Assembly: GCA_021796225.1 (NCBI GenBank)
Contig: JAJYOL010000005.1
Span: 597-64,596, forward strand
Reading direction: 5' to 3'
Length of the DNA stretch: 64,000 nt
Origin: Candidatus Micrarchaeota archaeon
GTDB taxonomy: Archaea > Micrarchaeota > Micrarchaeia > Micrarchaeales > CABMGC01
Both the position numbers and the translations under genes were made by a program. The notes under the pieces are model-generated. The model ran no database searches. It saw nothing but the letters and a program-made list of their open reading frames with translations, and was not told the DNA's origin. The number at the start of each line of letters is the position of its first letter. Positions within the stretch are counted from its first letter, which is position 1. Below, one piece after another: positions 47,394 to 57,374 of the stretch.

Positions 47394-48367
47394 AATTCGA
47401 ATACTCCGCAGGCGCATTTGTATACTTCAACGAATACGGACGCAGCATGTTTCTCGTTCTGACAAAACAAAACGGGGAGAAGGACCTTGCCAAAGGGCAC
47501 ATAGAAAAAGGTGAATCTGCGGAAGATGCGGCAAAGCGGGAGATTTACGAAGAAACGGGAATCGTACCGGAATTTCTTCCATGGTTCAGTTCCGGTACGG
47601 AGTATTTTTTCAAGCAGAAAGGGGAGACAATACACAAAAACGTTAAATTCTTCATAGCAAGGACAAATTCTGCTGAAGTCAGAATATCGAAGGAGCATAG
47701 AGGATACGAATGGATGGATTATGAAAGTATGAGAAAAAATCTGGCTTACAAGGATCTTCGGGAAGTCATGCGTCATGTAAAAGAATACATAGACAGATAT
47801 GAACGCATGCTCAAGCTGAATGAAGAGTACGGAGAACTTCCGGAACGTCAAAAGGAATGGAAGCTTAGCAGGTCATTTGTTCCAGGAGAGGGGAGACTTG
47901 ACGCACGCGTAATGCTTGTCGGGCAGGCTCCCGGACAAAATGAGGATACGGAAAGAAGACCATTCATAGGGATGAGCGGGAAACTTCTTGACAGGACACT
48001 TAGGAAAAACAGTATACAGAGGAAAAACGCGTACATAACGAGCATTGTGCAATTCTTTCCTCCGGAGAACAGAATCCCTACGCAGGCGGAAATAGAAATA
48101 TGCAAACCTTTCCTTATGAAACAGATAGAAATAATAAAACCAGAATATGTGGTGCTTATGGGCAATGTCCCGAATAGCGGCATCCTGGGTATAGGAAGCG
48201 TCGAGAGCAACCACGGAAAGCTTATTGAAAAAGACGGGGTAAAATATATCGTCACGATACATCCGGCCGCGGCAGTAAGGATAAAGAAAAAAGTCCATAT
48301 AATCGAAGAGGACTTTTCAATGCTCGGCAAGCTTCTGAAAGAAGACCGTAGAAGGCAAGAGGGCTAA
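47390..48367 (+). CDS. NUDIX (Ap4A hydrolase-like) - uracil-DNA glycosylase fusion
   Basis: SAGA, KGHIEKGESAEDAAKREIYEETG, SKEH; then GQAPG..E...RPFIG.SG, PPENR.P, HPAA; ATGA overlap with the upstream gene. Confidence 0.88.
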   Translation: MKFEYSAGAFVYFNEYGRSMFLVLTKQNGEKDLAKGHIEKGESAEDAAKREIYEETGIVPEFLPWFSSGTEYFFKQKGETIHKNVKFFIARTNSAEVRISKEHRGYEWMDYESMRKNLAYKDLREVMRHVKEYIDRYERMLKLNEEYGELPERQKEWKLSRSFVPGEGRLDARVMLVGQAPGQNEDTERRPFIGMSGKLLDRTLRKNSIQRKNAYITSIVQFFPPENRIPTQAEIEICKPFLMKQIEIIKPEYVVLMGNVPNSGILGIGSVESNHGKLIEKDGVKYIVTIHPAAAVRIKKKVHIIEEDFSMLGKLLKEDRRRQEG

Positions 48368-48407
48368 CGCAATAATTATTATACTTAACAGGGAACTATT
48401 GTTACAT

Positions 48408-48482
48408 GGGCTCGTAGCTTAGCCTGGTTGGAGCACCCGACTGATAATCGGGAGGCCGGGAGTTCAAATCTCCTCGGGCCCA
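48408..48482 (+). tRNA. tRNA-Ile(GAU)
   Basis: Acceptor stem GGGCTCG/CGGGCCC, anticodon arm CCCGA-CTGATAA-TCGGG. Confidence 0.95.
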
Positions 48483-48608
48483 TAAAACAGATCAACGGCG
48501 TTCACGACTTTTTTGTATGTATTCCGTACGGTAATAAGGATAAGATGGATGGATTAATTGCGGCGGGGATCGGCTTAAAAGGCTGACCTGCCGAATAGTT
48601 GTGATGCA

Positions 48609-49091
48609 ATGGACGAGAATCGATCGTTAAATGACGCCGTATACGTAGGAAGCGACCATGCAGGATTTGAACTGAAGAAGTATGTAGTAAACATGCTTAA
48701 GGAAAAAGGCGTAAAAGTCGTCGATGAAGGGCCTTCGGAATACGACAAAGATGATGATTATCCAGATTATGCGGAAAAAGTCTGCAGGAAGATTTCAGGA
48801 AGCTCCGGCAGAGGCATATTGATATGCGGCACGGGGCAGGGCATGGAAAGAACGGCAAACAAATTTCCAGGAGTGTATGCTTCCGTATGCTGGGACGAAT
48901 TCACTGCACGGGTTGCAAAGGAACACGGCAACATAAACGTACTCTGCCTCGGCGGCAGGATCACAAAAGATACCGATGCTAAAAAGATAGTAGACATATG
49001 GCTCAACGAACCGTTTTCAGGGGACGAACGTCATAGAAGGAGAATAGACAAGATAACAAGGATAGAAAAGAGGTATATGAAAACAGAGTAG
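48609..49091 (+). CDS. rpiB: ribose-5-phosphate isomerase B (RpiB/LacAB)
   Basis: GSDHAG, DDYPDY, ICGTGQG, ANK, RHRRR. Confidence 0.9.
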   Translation: MDENRSLNDAVYVGSDHAGFELKKYVVNMLKEKGVKVVDEGPSEYDKDDDYPDYAEKVCRKISGSSGRGILICGTGQGMERTANKFPGVYASVCWDEFTARVAKEHGNINVLCLGGRITKDTDAKKIVDIWLNEPFSGDERHRRRIDKITRIEKRYMKTE

Positions 49092-49165
49092 TTTTATCTC
49101 CAAAAAGACAACTTATTTATATCTGAAAAAAACAGATTTTAGCTGAATTGCGGACGTGAAATACC

Positions 49166-50224
49166 ATGGATAAGAAATTATTCGGATTGGGGATGACGGC
49201 ATTGAAGAGCAATTTCATGCATCTTGAACACCCATACAAACTCACTTTCTCGGTCACATATCGCTGCCAGAGCAGATGCCTGACATGCAATATCTGGGAG
49301 ATGAAACCCGTAAATGAACTGACCCTCGACGAGATACGAAACTTTGCGTCGAAGAACAAGCATTTCAAATGGATAGAACTTACGGGAGGGGAGCCTTTTT
49401 TAAGGCAGGACATAGTTGAAATAGTCAAGGCATTCGAAGAATTTTCCAAAGGTTTGTACATAATAACGATGCCGACAAATTCCCTTACAAATGGAACGAC
49501 ATTACTGAAAAGAATAGAGGAGATACTCGACACGGGAATACCAAAACTGTCGATAACGGTAAGCCTTGACGGATATAGAGAATTGCATGATAAGATACGC
49601 GGAATCCCTGGAAACTTTGACAAGGCTATGCACATATTTAAAGGGCTTATGGAACTAAGAAAGGCACACAGAAATCTTTTCTTCGTATTCGGATACACCA
49701 TGAGCAAATACAACAAGGGGGAATTCCAAAAAACCGTGGAGGAGGTAAAAAAAGAGATACCGGAAGTAACCTATAATGATTTTCACATAAACGTCGGACA
49801 GGTCTCCGATATATATTACAACAATGCAGACTTGGACATTAAGGCTCCGACGGAGGAAATATCTAAAGAGATACACGAATTCGTAAGAAAAAGGCATTTT
49901 AGACTCGGTGCCATACCTGCGATAGAAGGAGTATTTCTTAAAAAATTAGAACGATACGTAGAAACGGGAAAAGCGCCTTTGAAGAGCAGAAGCCTTGACG
50001 CATCACTTTTTATGGACAGCTACGGGAGCGTCTTTCCATCGATAATGTGGGGCAGAAAGATAGGAAATATAAGGGAAACGGATTACAGCTTGGAGCCTTT
50101 GTGGAAAAACGATGCGGCAAACGAGATAAGAAAGCTTATACGTGAAGGGAAGGAACCGAAGAACTGGACTGCGTGCGAAGCTTATCAGGCGATAGTGGGA
50201 GACGTAAGCAGTTTCATACGATGA
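49166..50224 (+). CDS. radical SAM protein with degenerate SPASM-like tail
   Basis: CQSRCLTC, TGGEP, VSLDG, HDKIRG. Confidence 0.9.
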   Translation: MDKKLFGLGMTALKSNFMHLEHPYKLTFSVTYRCQSRCLTCNIWEMKPVNELTLDEIRNFASKNKHFKWIELTGGEPFLRQDIVEIVKAFEEFSKGLYIITMPTNSLTNGTTLLKRIEEILDTGIPKLSITVSLDGYRELHDKIRGIPGNFDKAMHIFKGLMELRKAHRNLFFVFGYTMSKYNKGEFQKTVEEVKKEIPEVTYNDFHINVGQVSDIYYNNADLDIKAPTEEISKEIHEFVRKRHFRLGAIPAIEGVFLKKLERYVETGKAPLKSRSLDASLFMDSYGSVFPSIMWGRKIGNIRETDYSLEPLWKNDAANEIRKLIREGKEPKNWTACEAYQAIVGDVSSFIR

Positions 50225-51209
50225 ATGCTGTCGCAACGGCTATGAAATACAATGCGGCAAGGAAAACACCATTGCGGAATGTGAGCGTTCCGCGATATAT
50301 GGTCGCTATTGCAATGAAATTTATCCCTATTACCAGCAGGAATGCCGTAAGCGAAGAGCTCGATCTCACAGTAACTGCGGACAGTATGCCTATAGCTCCG
50401 AGAAGGACGGTGTTGTTTTGAAGCTTGCTTCCTATGAAACCCACAAGCGCAGTCGAACCTCCCCCTTCAGAGCTTACGGACATGCGATATGCACTGAGCT
50501 GTTCCGGCAAATCGGCAGCTATGGGTGTTATGACTATCGAAAGGAACAACGCAGATACGCCGATCATTCCGGCAAACGTTATTATGTAATGTATGAAAAC
50601 GTCTGACAGTATTGTAACTACAATGATACCGGTTGAAAAGTAGACAATGCCGCCAAGTGCCGCACGCCTTCCTTTTTTCGTTCGCAGGCTTGCCATGGTA
50701 CGCGAATGGGCATGCATGTACCGGTATGCCAGATATATGGCATATATTAACAGCAGAAGCACCCCTGAGATATAGTCAAGCTTCCCGTAAATGACAAGAA
50801 GGATCAATGAAAGATTCGATACGAGGAGGAATAGAACTTCTGTTTTGTAGTCGTCTTTCATCTTTAAGGGTTTTTTCCACTTCATGAAATACGTTATTCC
50901 TACTACACCAATGCCTATGGTAAACAGGATTATGTTTCCACCTATTGCAGAACCGAGTGCCACGCTCGCGGAACCTTTACCTATCGCAACAAGCACGAAT
51001 ATGAGTTCGGGAAGAGAGGACATGAATCCCAATATGACTCCGCCTGCCATCCCCTGCCCAACAACTTTTTCAAATCGCTCTGTGCCGCGGTTTATCAGTT
51101 CTGCGGCTATCCCAAATGCTGCAAGAAGCACCAGTATTATGACAAGTTCTATCGGAAGCGTACCGGAAATGCCTTGCAGTAGGATTTGAAGTGCGGGTAT
51201 CGTACCCAT
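50214..51209 (-). CDS. Ca2+/cation antiporter (CaCA) family
   Basis: SSLPEL...GSAIGGN and ADLPEQ...GSKLQN alpha repeats. Confidence 0.85.
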   Translation of the reverse strand: MGTIPALQILLQGISGTLPIELVIILVLLAAFGIAAELINRGTERFEKVVGQGMAGGVILGFMSSLPELIFVLVAIGKGSASVALGSAIGGNIILFTIGIGVVGITYFMKWKKPLKMKDDYKTEVLFLLVSNLSLILLVIYGKLDYISGVLLLLIYAIYLAYRYMHAHSRTMASLRTKKGRRAALGGIVYFSTGIIVVTILSDVFIHYIITFAGMIGVSALFLSIVITPIAADLPEQLSAYRMSVSSEGGGSTALVGFIGSKLQNNTVLLGAIGILSAVTVRSSSSLTAFLLVIGINFIAIATIYRGTLTFRNGVFLAALYFIAVATAFIV

Positions 51210-51250
51210 GCTTGAATTGAGGAGTTAGATTTTAATAAGTTAACTGGAAG

Positions 51251-51697
51251 GTGGTATATGGTGATTTGGTGTCAAAAACCAAAGCAAGAACGGGAAAAGA
51301 CGATAAACACATGGCGGTTCCGGTGGAAACTGATACGTCATGGCATCCGAGAAGATTTAGGGATTTTTTCAGCATACCGGACAGATATGTCGATATGTTC
51401 TATGGGGAAATACCGGATGTTGAAATAGTTGATAGGAAAGACAGCATTACCGTAAAGGTGGACCTTCCGGAAATTGACAGCAAAGACCTTAAGGTGGAAA
51501 TAGGAGAGATGAATGTCGTGATACAGGGAGTTAGCACGCATACGGAGCATAAGAGAACACAGGGGTACAGTTATAGCAGCCATTCAAGCAGCAGATATTA
51601 TAGAAATGTACCACTGCCGGCAAAAGTTGTGAAAAAAACCGCGAAGAAAAGCTTTTACGGACACACGCTTATCGTTGAATTGAAAAAACAGAAATAA
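51251..51697 (+). CDS. small heat-shock protein Hsp20
   Basis: VDLPEI..DLKVEI, YYRNVPLPAKV, GHTLIVELKK; start uncertain. Confidence 0.8.
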   Translation: MVYGDLVSKTKARTGKDDKHMAVPVETDTSWHPRRFRDFFSIPDRYVDMFYGEIPDVEIVDRKDSITVKVDLPEIDSKDLKVEIGEMNVVIQGVSTHTEHKRTQGYSYSSHSSSRYYRNVPLPAKVVKKTAKKSFYGHTLIVELKKQK

Positions 51698-51779
51698 GAT
51701 TATCCTTATTGGAAAGGGCAGTAGAGAATCAATATATATTATGAGGATTAATCTCTAATTTATAGCCGCGGATGGTTTC

Positions 51780-53525
51780 ATGAGAATATTGCAGTTAGAT
51801 GTCAATAGTATAGAATACGAAATGATAAAGCCTGAGGCAAGACTGTACGAAGATGCAGACGAAAAGACGGTTTCTCTGAAGAATGCGCTGGTTGCCCTTA
51901 CTTCGATAGAAAAGGGGGATTCCGAGGAGGATGTTGCTTCCGCGGTAAAAGATCTTTCGGCGTTCATGGAAAAGCAACACATACGCCTGCTTGTCCTGTA
52001 TCCATTTGCACACCTGAGCAGCAATCTTGAAGCACCAGAAAGGGCGATGTTTCTTTTGAATCTCATGAGAAAGGATCTCGGGGACAGGGGAATAAACGTC
52101 GTTTCCGCTCCTTTCGGCTGGAACAAAAAGCTGAACCTTGACATAAAAGGACATCCGCTTGCAGAAACGTCAAGAACATATCCAGGAAAGGGAAAGGCGC
52201 CTGCGCCTAAAGCAAACGTGCCGGAAACGCCCAAGGAACAGAAAGTGAAGATTGAGCAGGTTGATGAAGAAAATATGTTTTCACGAATAAGGAAAAGTGA
52301 CTGGGCAGGTCTTCCCGATACCGACCATAGGACTATCGGCGAGAAGCTTGACTTGTTCAGCTTCCAGGAAGTCTCCCCTGGAATGGTTTACTGGCACAAG
52401 AACGGCCTTACCATATATAGGGGACTTACAGATTTTCTCAGAGAGAAGCTTGTAAAATATGACTATGATGAAATAAGCACGCCGGCCTTGGCAAATCTTG
52501 TGCTGTGGCACGTCAGTGGACACATAGGCCATTACAGGGACAACATGTTTGTCTTCGATTCGGAAAACGAAAAGATGGGCATGAAGCCTATGAATTGTCC
52601 TTCTACGATACTTATTTACAGGTCAAGAAAATGGAGCTACAGGGAATTGCCTTTCCGCACCGCAATATTTGACAAACTGTACAGGAATGAAATCAGTGGC
52701 GCGCTGACAGGCTTGTTTAGGGTGAGGGAGCTCACGCAAGACGACGGCCACATATTCATACGCGAAGACCAGCTGGAAAACGAAATGAAGCTTCTTCTGG
52801 GATTCGTCAAAGAAGTATACGATACCTTCAACATGCCTTATTCCGCAAAGCTTTCCACGATGCCCGATGACCATTTGGGTGATGAAGAACTTTGGGAAAA
52901 GGCAACTAATGCGTTGAAACGTTCGTTGGAATCTAACGGCCTTAAGTATACGATAAACGAGAAGGACGGTGCATTCTACGGACCTAAAATCGATTTTGAT
53001 GTTACGGACGCGATGGGAAGAAAATGGCAATGTGCAACGATACAGGTCGATTACCAGTTACCACGCAGATTCAAACTAGAATATATCGGAGAGGACGGAC
53101 AGGCACATACCCCAGTGATAATACACAGGGCGATATTAGGATCTCTTGAACGTTTCGTCGGTATATTGACGGAACATTATCAGGGCAAATTCCCGACTTG
53201 GATAGCGCCAGTCCAGGTGCGCATACTTTCCATATCGGAACAGGCAAACGATTACGCAAAAGGCGTGTTGGAGGAACTTTTGAAGGACGGGATACGGTGC
53301 GAGCTCGATGTGAGCGACCGAACCATCGAATACAAAGTACGGGATGCACAGATGCTGAAAGTGCCTTACATGCTAGTTATAGGAAAGAAGGAAGTAGAAG
53401 CTAAAACGGTTGCAGTAAGAACGCGTGCGGGAAAACAGAAATTTGGAGTTGCTGTTAAGGAATTTTTAAAAGAGATAACCGAGGAAATAAAAGAAAGGAA
53501 GGAAAAGGGAATATATGATTCCTGA
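51780..53525 (+). CDS. thrS: threonyl-tRNA synthetase
   Basis: Archaeal editing domain (YPFAHLSS, APFG, KGHPLAE); DHR, KPMNCP, QDDGHIF, GAFYGPKID, HRAILGSLERF. Confidence 0.96.
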   Translation: MRILQLDVNSIEYEMIKPEARLYEDADEKTVSLKNALVALTSIEKGDSEEDVASAVKDLSAFMEKQHIRLLVLYPFAHLSSNLEAPERAMFLLNLMRKDLGDRGINVVSAPFGWNKKLNLDIKGHPLAETSRTYPGKGKAPAPKANVPETPKEQKVKIEQVDEENMFSRIRKSDWAGLPDTDHRTIGEKLDLFSFQEVSPGMVYWHKNGLTIYRGLTDFLREKLVKYDYDEISTPALANLVLWHVSGHIGHYRDNMFVFDSENEKMGMKPMNCPSTILIYRSRKWSYRELPFRTAIFDKLYRNEISGALTGLFRVRELTQDDGHIFIREDQLENEMKLLLGFVKEVYDTFNMPYSAKLSTMPDDHLGDEELWEKATNALKRSLESNGLKYTINEKDGAFYGPKIDFDVTDAMGRKWQCATIQVDYQLPRRFKLEYIGEDGQAHTPVIIHRAILGSLERFVGILTEHYQGKFPTWIAPVQVRILSISEQANDYAKGVLEELLKDGIRCELDVSDRTIEYKVRDAQMLKVPYMLVIGKKEVEAKTVAVRTRAGKQKFGVAVKEFLKEITEEIKERKEKGIYDS

Positions 53526-53557
53526 CTGTTTGCATTGAATGTTTTAACTAGGAGTCG

Positions 53558-53920
53558 ATGATGTATAACGAATTTGTCCTTATCGTTACGATACTCGTAT
53601 CCGCACTCATGGCGGCTATTGCCCAGTACATCTTTAAAAGAAATATCCCAGCATTTCATGTAAACCGCGCGGGAATCCTGTCGCTTATAAGAAACAAATT
53701 TCTTATCGGTGGAATAGCGGTTTATGCTGCAAGCCTTGTTGTCTATCTTTTTGCATTGCGTGGAGGACAATTGTCATTCGTATATCCCACGTTTGCAAGC
53801 GTATTTGTTTTTGTACTTGTGATATCCAAATTCTCTCTCGGTGAGAAAATAAACATTTACAGGATTATAGGAGTTGCATTGATAATCGCAGGGATTGCAG
53901 CCATAGCGGCAACGTATTGA
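53558..53920 (+). CDS. SMR/EamA-like 4-TM transporter subunit
   Basis: AQYIFK, LSFVYP, LGEKI...IIGVALIIAG. Confidence 0.8.
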   Translation: MMYNEFVLIVTILVSALMAAIAQYIFKRNIPAFHVNRAGILSLIRNKFLIGGIAVYAASLVVYLFALRGGQLSFVYPTFASVFVFVLVISKFSLGEKINIYRIIGVALIIAGIAAIAATY

Positions 53921-53929
53921 GATGATTTT

Positions 53930-54274
53930 TTGAATAAATTAAAAGATAGAAAAATATTCTTCGTCGTGCTGCTCGTCTTCAGCACGCTACTTGGAGGCAT
54001 CGGCCAGGTATTGTTCAAGAAAGGCCTTCTCGGTAGCGGTGCGCTGCTCGTCGCGTATCTTTTTGCAGGACTTGTCGCCTACGGGCTTTCTACCCTCGTG
54101 TATTTTTACGTGCTTGGGCGCAAGAATCTCAGCTGGGCGTACAGTTTTGGCGGACTCAGTTATGTTTTTGCCAGCGTAATGGCATATTTTCTTCTTGGAG
54201 AGGGAATAACCCCTTTGAGATGGTTTGGCATACTTCTCATAGCCGTAGGCACTGCGTTCATAGGATTTAGCTGA
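53930..54274 (+). CDS. SMR/EamA-like 4-TM transporter subunit (partner)
   Basis: GQVLFKKG, LSWAY, LGEGI...WFGILLI; TTG start. Confidence 0.8.
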   Translation: MNKLKDRKIFFVVLLVFSTLLGGIGQVLFKKGLLGSGALLVAYLFAGLVAYGLSTLVYFYVLGRKNLSWAYSFGGLSYVFASVMAYFLLGEGITPLRWFGILLIAVGTAFIGFS

Positions 54275-54334
54275 CCGGCAATCCCAACTGGGATTATCGA
54301 CGTCAAAATAAGGGAAATTTATTACTTCCCCTAT

Positions 54335-54562
54335 ATGGAAGATACACCTAAGAATTTAAAGCCTGTGGATAGTCTATATAGCGGCGATCATATGTCTACA
54401 GGTCAGTATAAAAAAGTGGGGAGAAGGAGCGTGTTAATAGACAGGTTAGTGGAAAGGGAAGACCACACGATGTATAATGAAGACGGAACGATGGAGCTCC
54501 TGAGCATGGAAGAGGATAAGTTCCCTGAAATAGAAGGAGGATTTGAAGACTGGGATCCTTGA
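54335..54562 (+). CDS. small acidic hypothetical protein
   Basis: 75-aa ORF filling the gap, with a TATA-like TTTATTA about 25 nt upstream. Confidence 0.45.
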   Translation: MEDTPKNLKPVDSLYSGDHMSTGQYKKVGRRSVLIDRLVEREDHTMYNEDGTMELLSMEEDKFPEIEGGFEDWDP

Positions 54563-54564
54563 CC

Positions 54565-55296
54565 TTATTTTACTTTGACAAAGTCAACAAGCAGTTTTTT
54601 TACGACTTCTGGCATTTCGTAGTGTGGCGTGTGACCCGCACCCAGTATTACCTGCAATTGGCTATTTTTAATTCTCTTTTGGAACATTTCGCCGTATTTC
54701 GGTTCTATTATTTTATCCTCGCTTCCCCATAACACCATGGTACGCGATGATATGCGGCTCAGACTTTTTTCCGTGAGTTCATCGGCAATGCCATACGAAC
54801 TTACGATACTTTTTATAACGTGAGGTTTTGGATTCAGAATTAACGCATTTTTGCTGAGTTCTTCCCTGTATTCTGGATTTTGCACTTCTCTCGATTCGGT
54901 GAATTCCATCAATCCGGCAGCATCTTCGAGAACTACCCCTTTAAATGCACCGTCGTTTTGCACCATACTCGCAGCTATCCATCCGCCGTAAGAATGTCCG
55001 AATAGATAACAACCGTGCAAATCGTTTTCTTCTATTACTTTTCTCACGACAGACATCTGCAATGGTATAGTGTAATCTGTTTCCGGGGCCGAGGATTTCC
55101 CATGACCTAGGAGGTCGATAAGATAAACGCCCATGTCATCGGGAAGGTATTTCACAAGGCGCTTCCATGTTCTCGAGCTTGCACCCAAACCGTGAATGAA
55201 TACGACAGTTACCCCTGATCCTCGGTGCATTTTGTAGCTTATGCTTCCCACGGAAATTTTTGTCGTGTGTTCGGAAAAGTCAGCATCGAAATCCAT
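54565..55296 (-). CDS. alpha/beta hydrolase
   Basis: HGLG, DLLGHG, GHSYGG, WGSED, GHTPH. Confidence 0.9.
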   Translation of the reverse strand: MDFDADFSEHTTKISVGSISYKMHRGSGVTVVFIHGLGASSRTWKRLVKYLPDDMGVYLIDLLGHGKSSAPETDYTIPLQMSVVRKVIEENDLHGCYLFGHSYGGWIAASMVQNDGAFKGVVLEDAAGLMEFTESREVQNPEYREELSKNALILNPKPHVIKSIVSSYGIADELTEKSLSRISSRTMVLWGSEDKIIEPKYGEMFQKRIKNSQLQVILGAGHTPHYEMPEVVKKLLVDFVKVK

Positions 55297-55344
55297 AAAA
55301 CCAATATATATGGATTGTGGCATCTTAATAAGCAATAGATTCGC

Positions 55345-55791
55345 ATGAAAACGCAGGCTAAAAAGAAAGAGGAGCGCATAACGCCGAAGGAATCGATAGT
55401 GGCGTTTTCCTGCAAATCGAAAATAGGGATGAAAGAACTAATTGAGAAGGCCAGAAAAGCGTCAAAGAACGGAATCTTCGTACTGCTCCTGAAGGAAAAT
55501 AAAGGAATAACAGACAGGGTACTGCCGTCTTATCTTAATGCATGGGTCAGAATCAAGGATAAAAATTCCCGCGCAGAATCGATACATATCGAAACCATGC
55601 TGTTCATCGCCGGTACGTTCAACATATCAAAAGCGATACAAAAATGCGTTGCAACGGATAGGAACAAGTTCATGGCAGTTTCGAATGATAGAACATTTGC
55701 AGAGGAGTTCATTCTCAAAAACAACATGGAGAACGTGAGAGAAGTGAAACTGCGCTTTTCTTATGCGAATTTTTTTCCGATGCTTGAATGA
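55345..55791 (+). CDS. KEOPS subunit Cgi121-like protein
   Basis: SIHIETMLFIAGTFNISKAI resembles the Cgi121 signature E.LL..AG..QI..AI. Confidence 0.65.
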   Translation: MKTQAKKKEERITPKESIVAFSCKSKIGMKELIEKARKASKNGIFVLLLKENKGITDRVLPSYLNAWVRIKDKNSRAESIHIETMLFIAGTFNISKAIQKCVATDRNKFMAVSNDRTFAEEFILKNNMENVREVKLRFSYANFFPMLE

Positions 55792-55795
55792 TGCT

Positions 55796-56710
55796 TCAAT
55801 GCACCAGCATGAATATGCAGGCGTATCCTGCAAGAAAACTTATCAATGCAGTTCCCACCCACGTGAATGTCATTTCTATAAGCGGCTTTCTTCGGAAGAG
55901 TTTTGTATCGTAGCTGAGCGTTGCGCCGTATAGACTGGCAGTGTACGTCTGCGTATTCGAAATGGGTACGCTGAATAGGGTTCCGATTTCCACTAGCAGA
56001 ACGGATATCGACTGTGAAACCAGCGCGTTGAGGTATCTTGTAGGGAGTATGTCATTGCCAACCCTTTTCAGAGTCCCGGAACTTGCGAATGCGCTTCCAA
56101 GAATTATTGCAACGGCTATCAGATAAGGACTGACATATCCGGTCACGGAAACCATTATCAAACCGAACGTGTTTGCGCCGAGGGTGAATGCAGTGAAAAA
56201 TGAAATGATAACGAGAAGGAGTTTTATCCTTCGCAATGATTTCCAAATGTCCCTTTTTCGTATGAATGCGGAAGACAAGCGCATCGAGACTATTGTCAAG
56301 GCTATTGATGCAATACCTGCAATTATCCAGAACAGTATTATCGAACCGGCAAACAGGTAGTTAATCTCGTCCCCGAATGCAAACCCTATACCCATGAGAG
56401 CCGTTGTGAACGTTATGGAGAGGGATTGCGGAACGCGAAGCTTGTTTGTTATTAGAAATATGATTATCCCTATCAGCAAGGGTATCGCGACGAGATTCCC
56501 GGGAACGGAATGGAAAATTTGGTTGAACCCGTATGAAAGCAGATGGCCTTCGAAAAGCAGGCCGAAAATGCAGCCTATGGCATATATCGCGATCCCGGCA
56601 TGCCGCCGCACCATTCGGCTTGTTATGATGGAACCGGACGATGCGGAAAGATTGTTCCCCGATACCAGAAACACCAGAATGAATGAGAGTACAGACAATA
56701 GCAAATCCAT
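55796..56710 (-). CDS. PiT family inorganic phosphate transporter
   Basis: SGNNLS and GANTFG repeats, PQSLS, PISNTQ; next to DUF47. Confidence 0.8.
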   Translation of the reverse strand: MDLLLSVLSFILVFLVSGNNLSASSGSIITSRMVRRHAGIAIYAIGCIFGLLFEGHLLSYGFNQIFHSVPGNLVAIPLLIGIIIFLITNKLRVPQSLSITFTTALMGIGFAFGDEINYLFAGSIILFWIIAGIASIALTIVSMRLSSAFIRKRDIWKSLRRIKLLLVIISFFTAFTLGANTFGLIMVSVTGYVSPYLIAVAIILGSAFASSGTLKRVGNDILPTRYLNALVSQSISVLLVEIGTLFSVPISNTQTYTASLYGATLSYDTKLFRRKPLIEMTFTWVGTALISFLAGYACIFMLVH

Positions 56711-56723
56711 CCGATATCACGCG

Positions 56724-57374
56724 CTACGTTGCTATAGAAAGCATTATGCTCACATACATGTCGGCTATGTCCTCGCACATGTCTATGACATTGTCAGACA
56801 AATATGCGAGATTCGTTATATGGTAAAATGACTTGAATGCTATTCTGGAATTGTATGCGTAGCTTAGCATGCTCTCTTTTATTTCATCGCCTTCTTCCTC
56901 CATCCTGCTTATCTCCTGCTGATATTTTCGCATTTTTTGCACGTTCGATATGGTATGCAGTTTGTACAACAGATCCAGAGAACTGTGCATCAGAGTACTG
57001 GCCTGCAAGATTCTTTCTTTGAAAAAACGTCTCGCTGCTGTTTCAGGTATTGTAAACCGGTCAAAGGACCTGGCCACATTGAATATGGTATCGACCATGT
57101 TATTCTCAAGGGATATCAGGGTAAGCATGTCCGTTATCAGATTTGGCGCTATTGCTCCCGATGTTATGGATTTGGATATGTCAAGCATGTCAAGGTATGA
57201 ATTTGCCTTGAGCTCCGCGATCCCGTTGATCCCGCCCGATTCGTTTATTACCCTGTCAAGCATGCCGATGGCAACTTCCGAGCGCTTTACCATCTGTCTT
57301 GCGCGTATGAATATGTCCTGTTCCCCTATCCTGACGAAACTATCCAATATTTTCATCTTGATCCCCATTGTCAA
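56724..57374 (-). CDS. DUF47/PhoU-like phosphate transport regulator
   Basis: Helical repeats MEEEGDEIK, DNVIDMCEDIAD. Confidence 0.82.
   Translation of the reverse strand: MTMGIKMKILDSFVRIGEQDIFIRARQMVKRSEVAIGMLDRVINESGGINGIAELKANSYLDMLDISKSITSGAIAPNLITDMLTLISLENNMVDTIFNVARSFDRFTIPETAARRFFKERILQASTLMHSSLDLLYKLHTISNVQKMRKYQQEISRMEEEGDEIKESMLSYAYNSRIAFKSFYHITNLAYLSDNVIDMCEDIADMYVSIMLSIAT

Noticed and set aside
25124-48482. Introns or integrated elements at tRNA-Gln and tRNA-Ile
   Set aside because: Both fold as uninterrupted cloverleaves and no 3'-end duplication was noticed nearby
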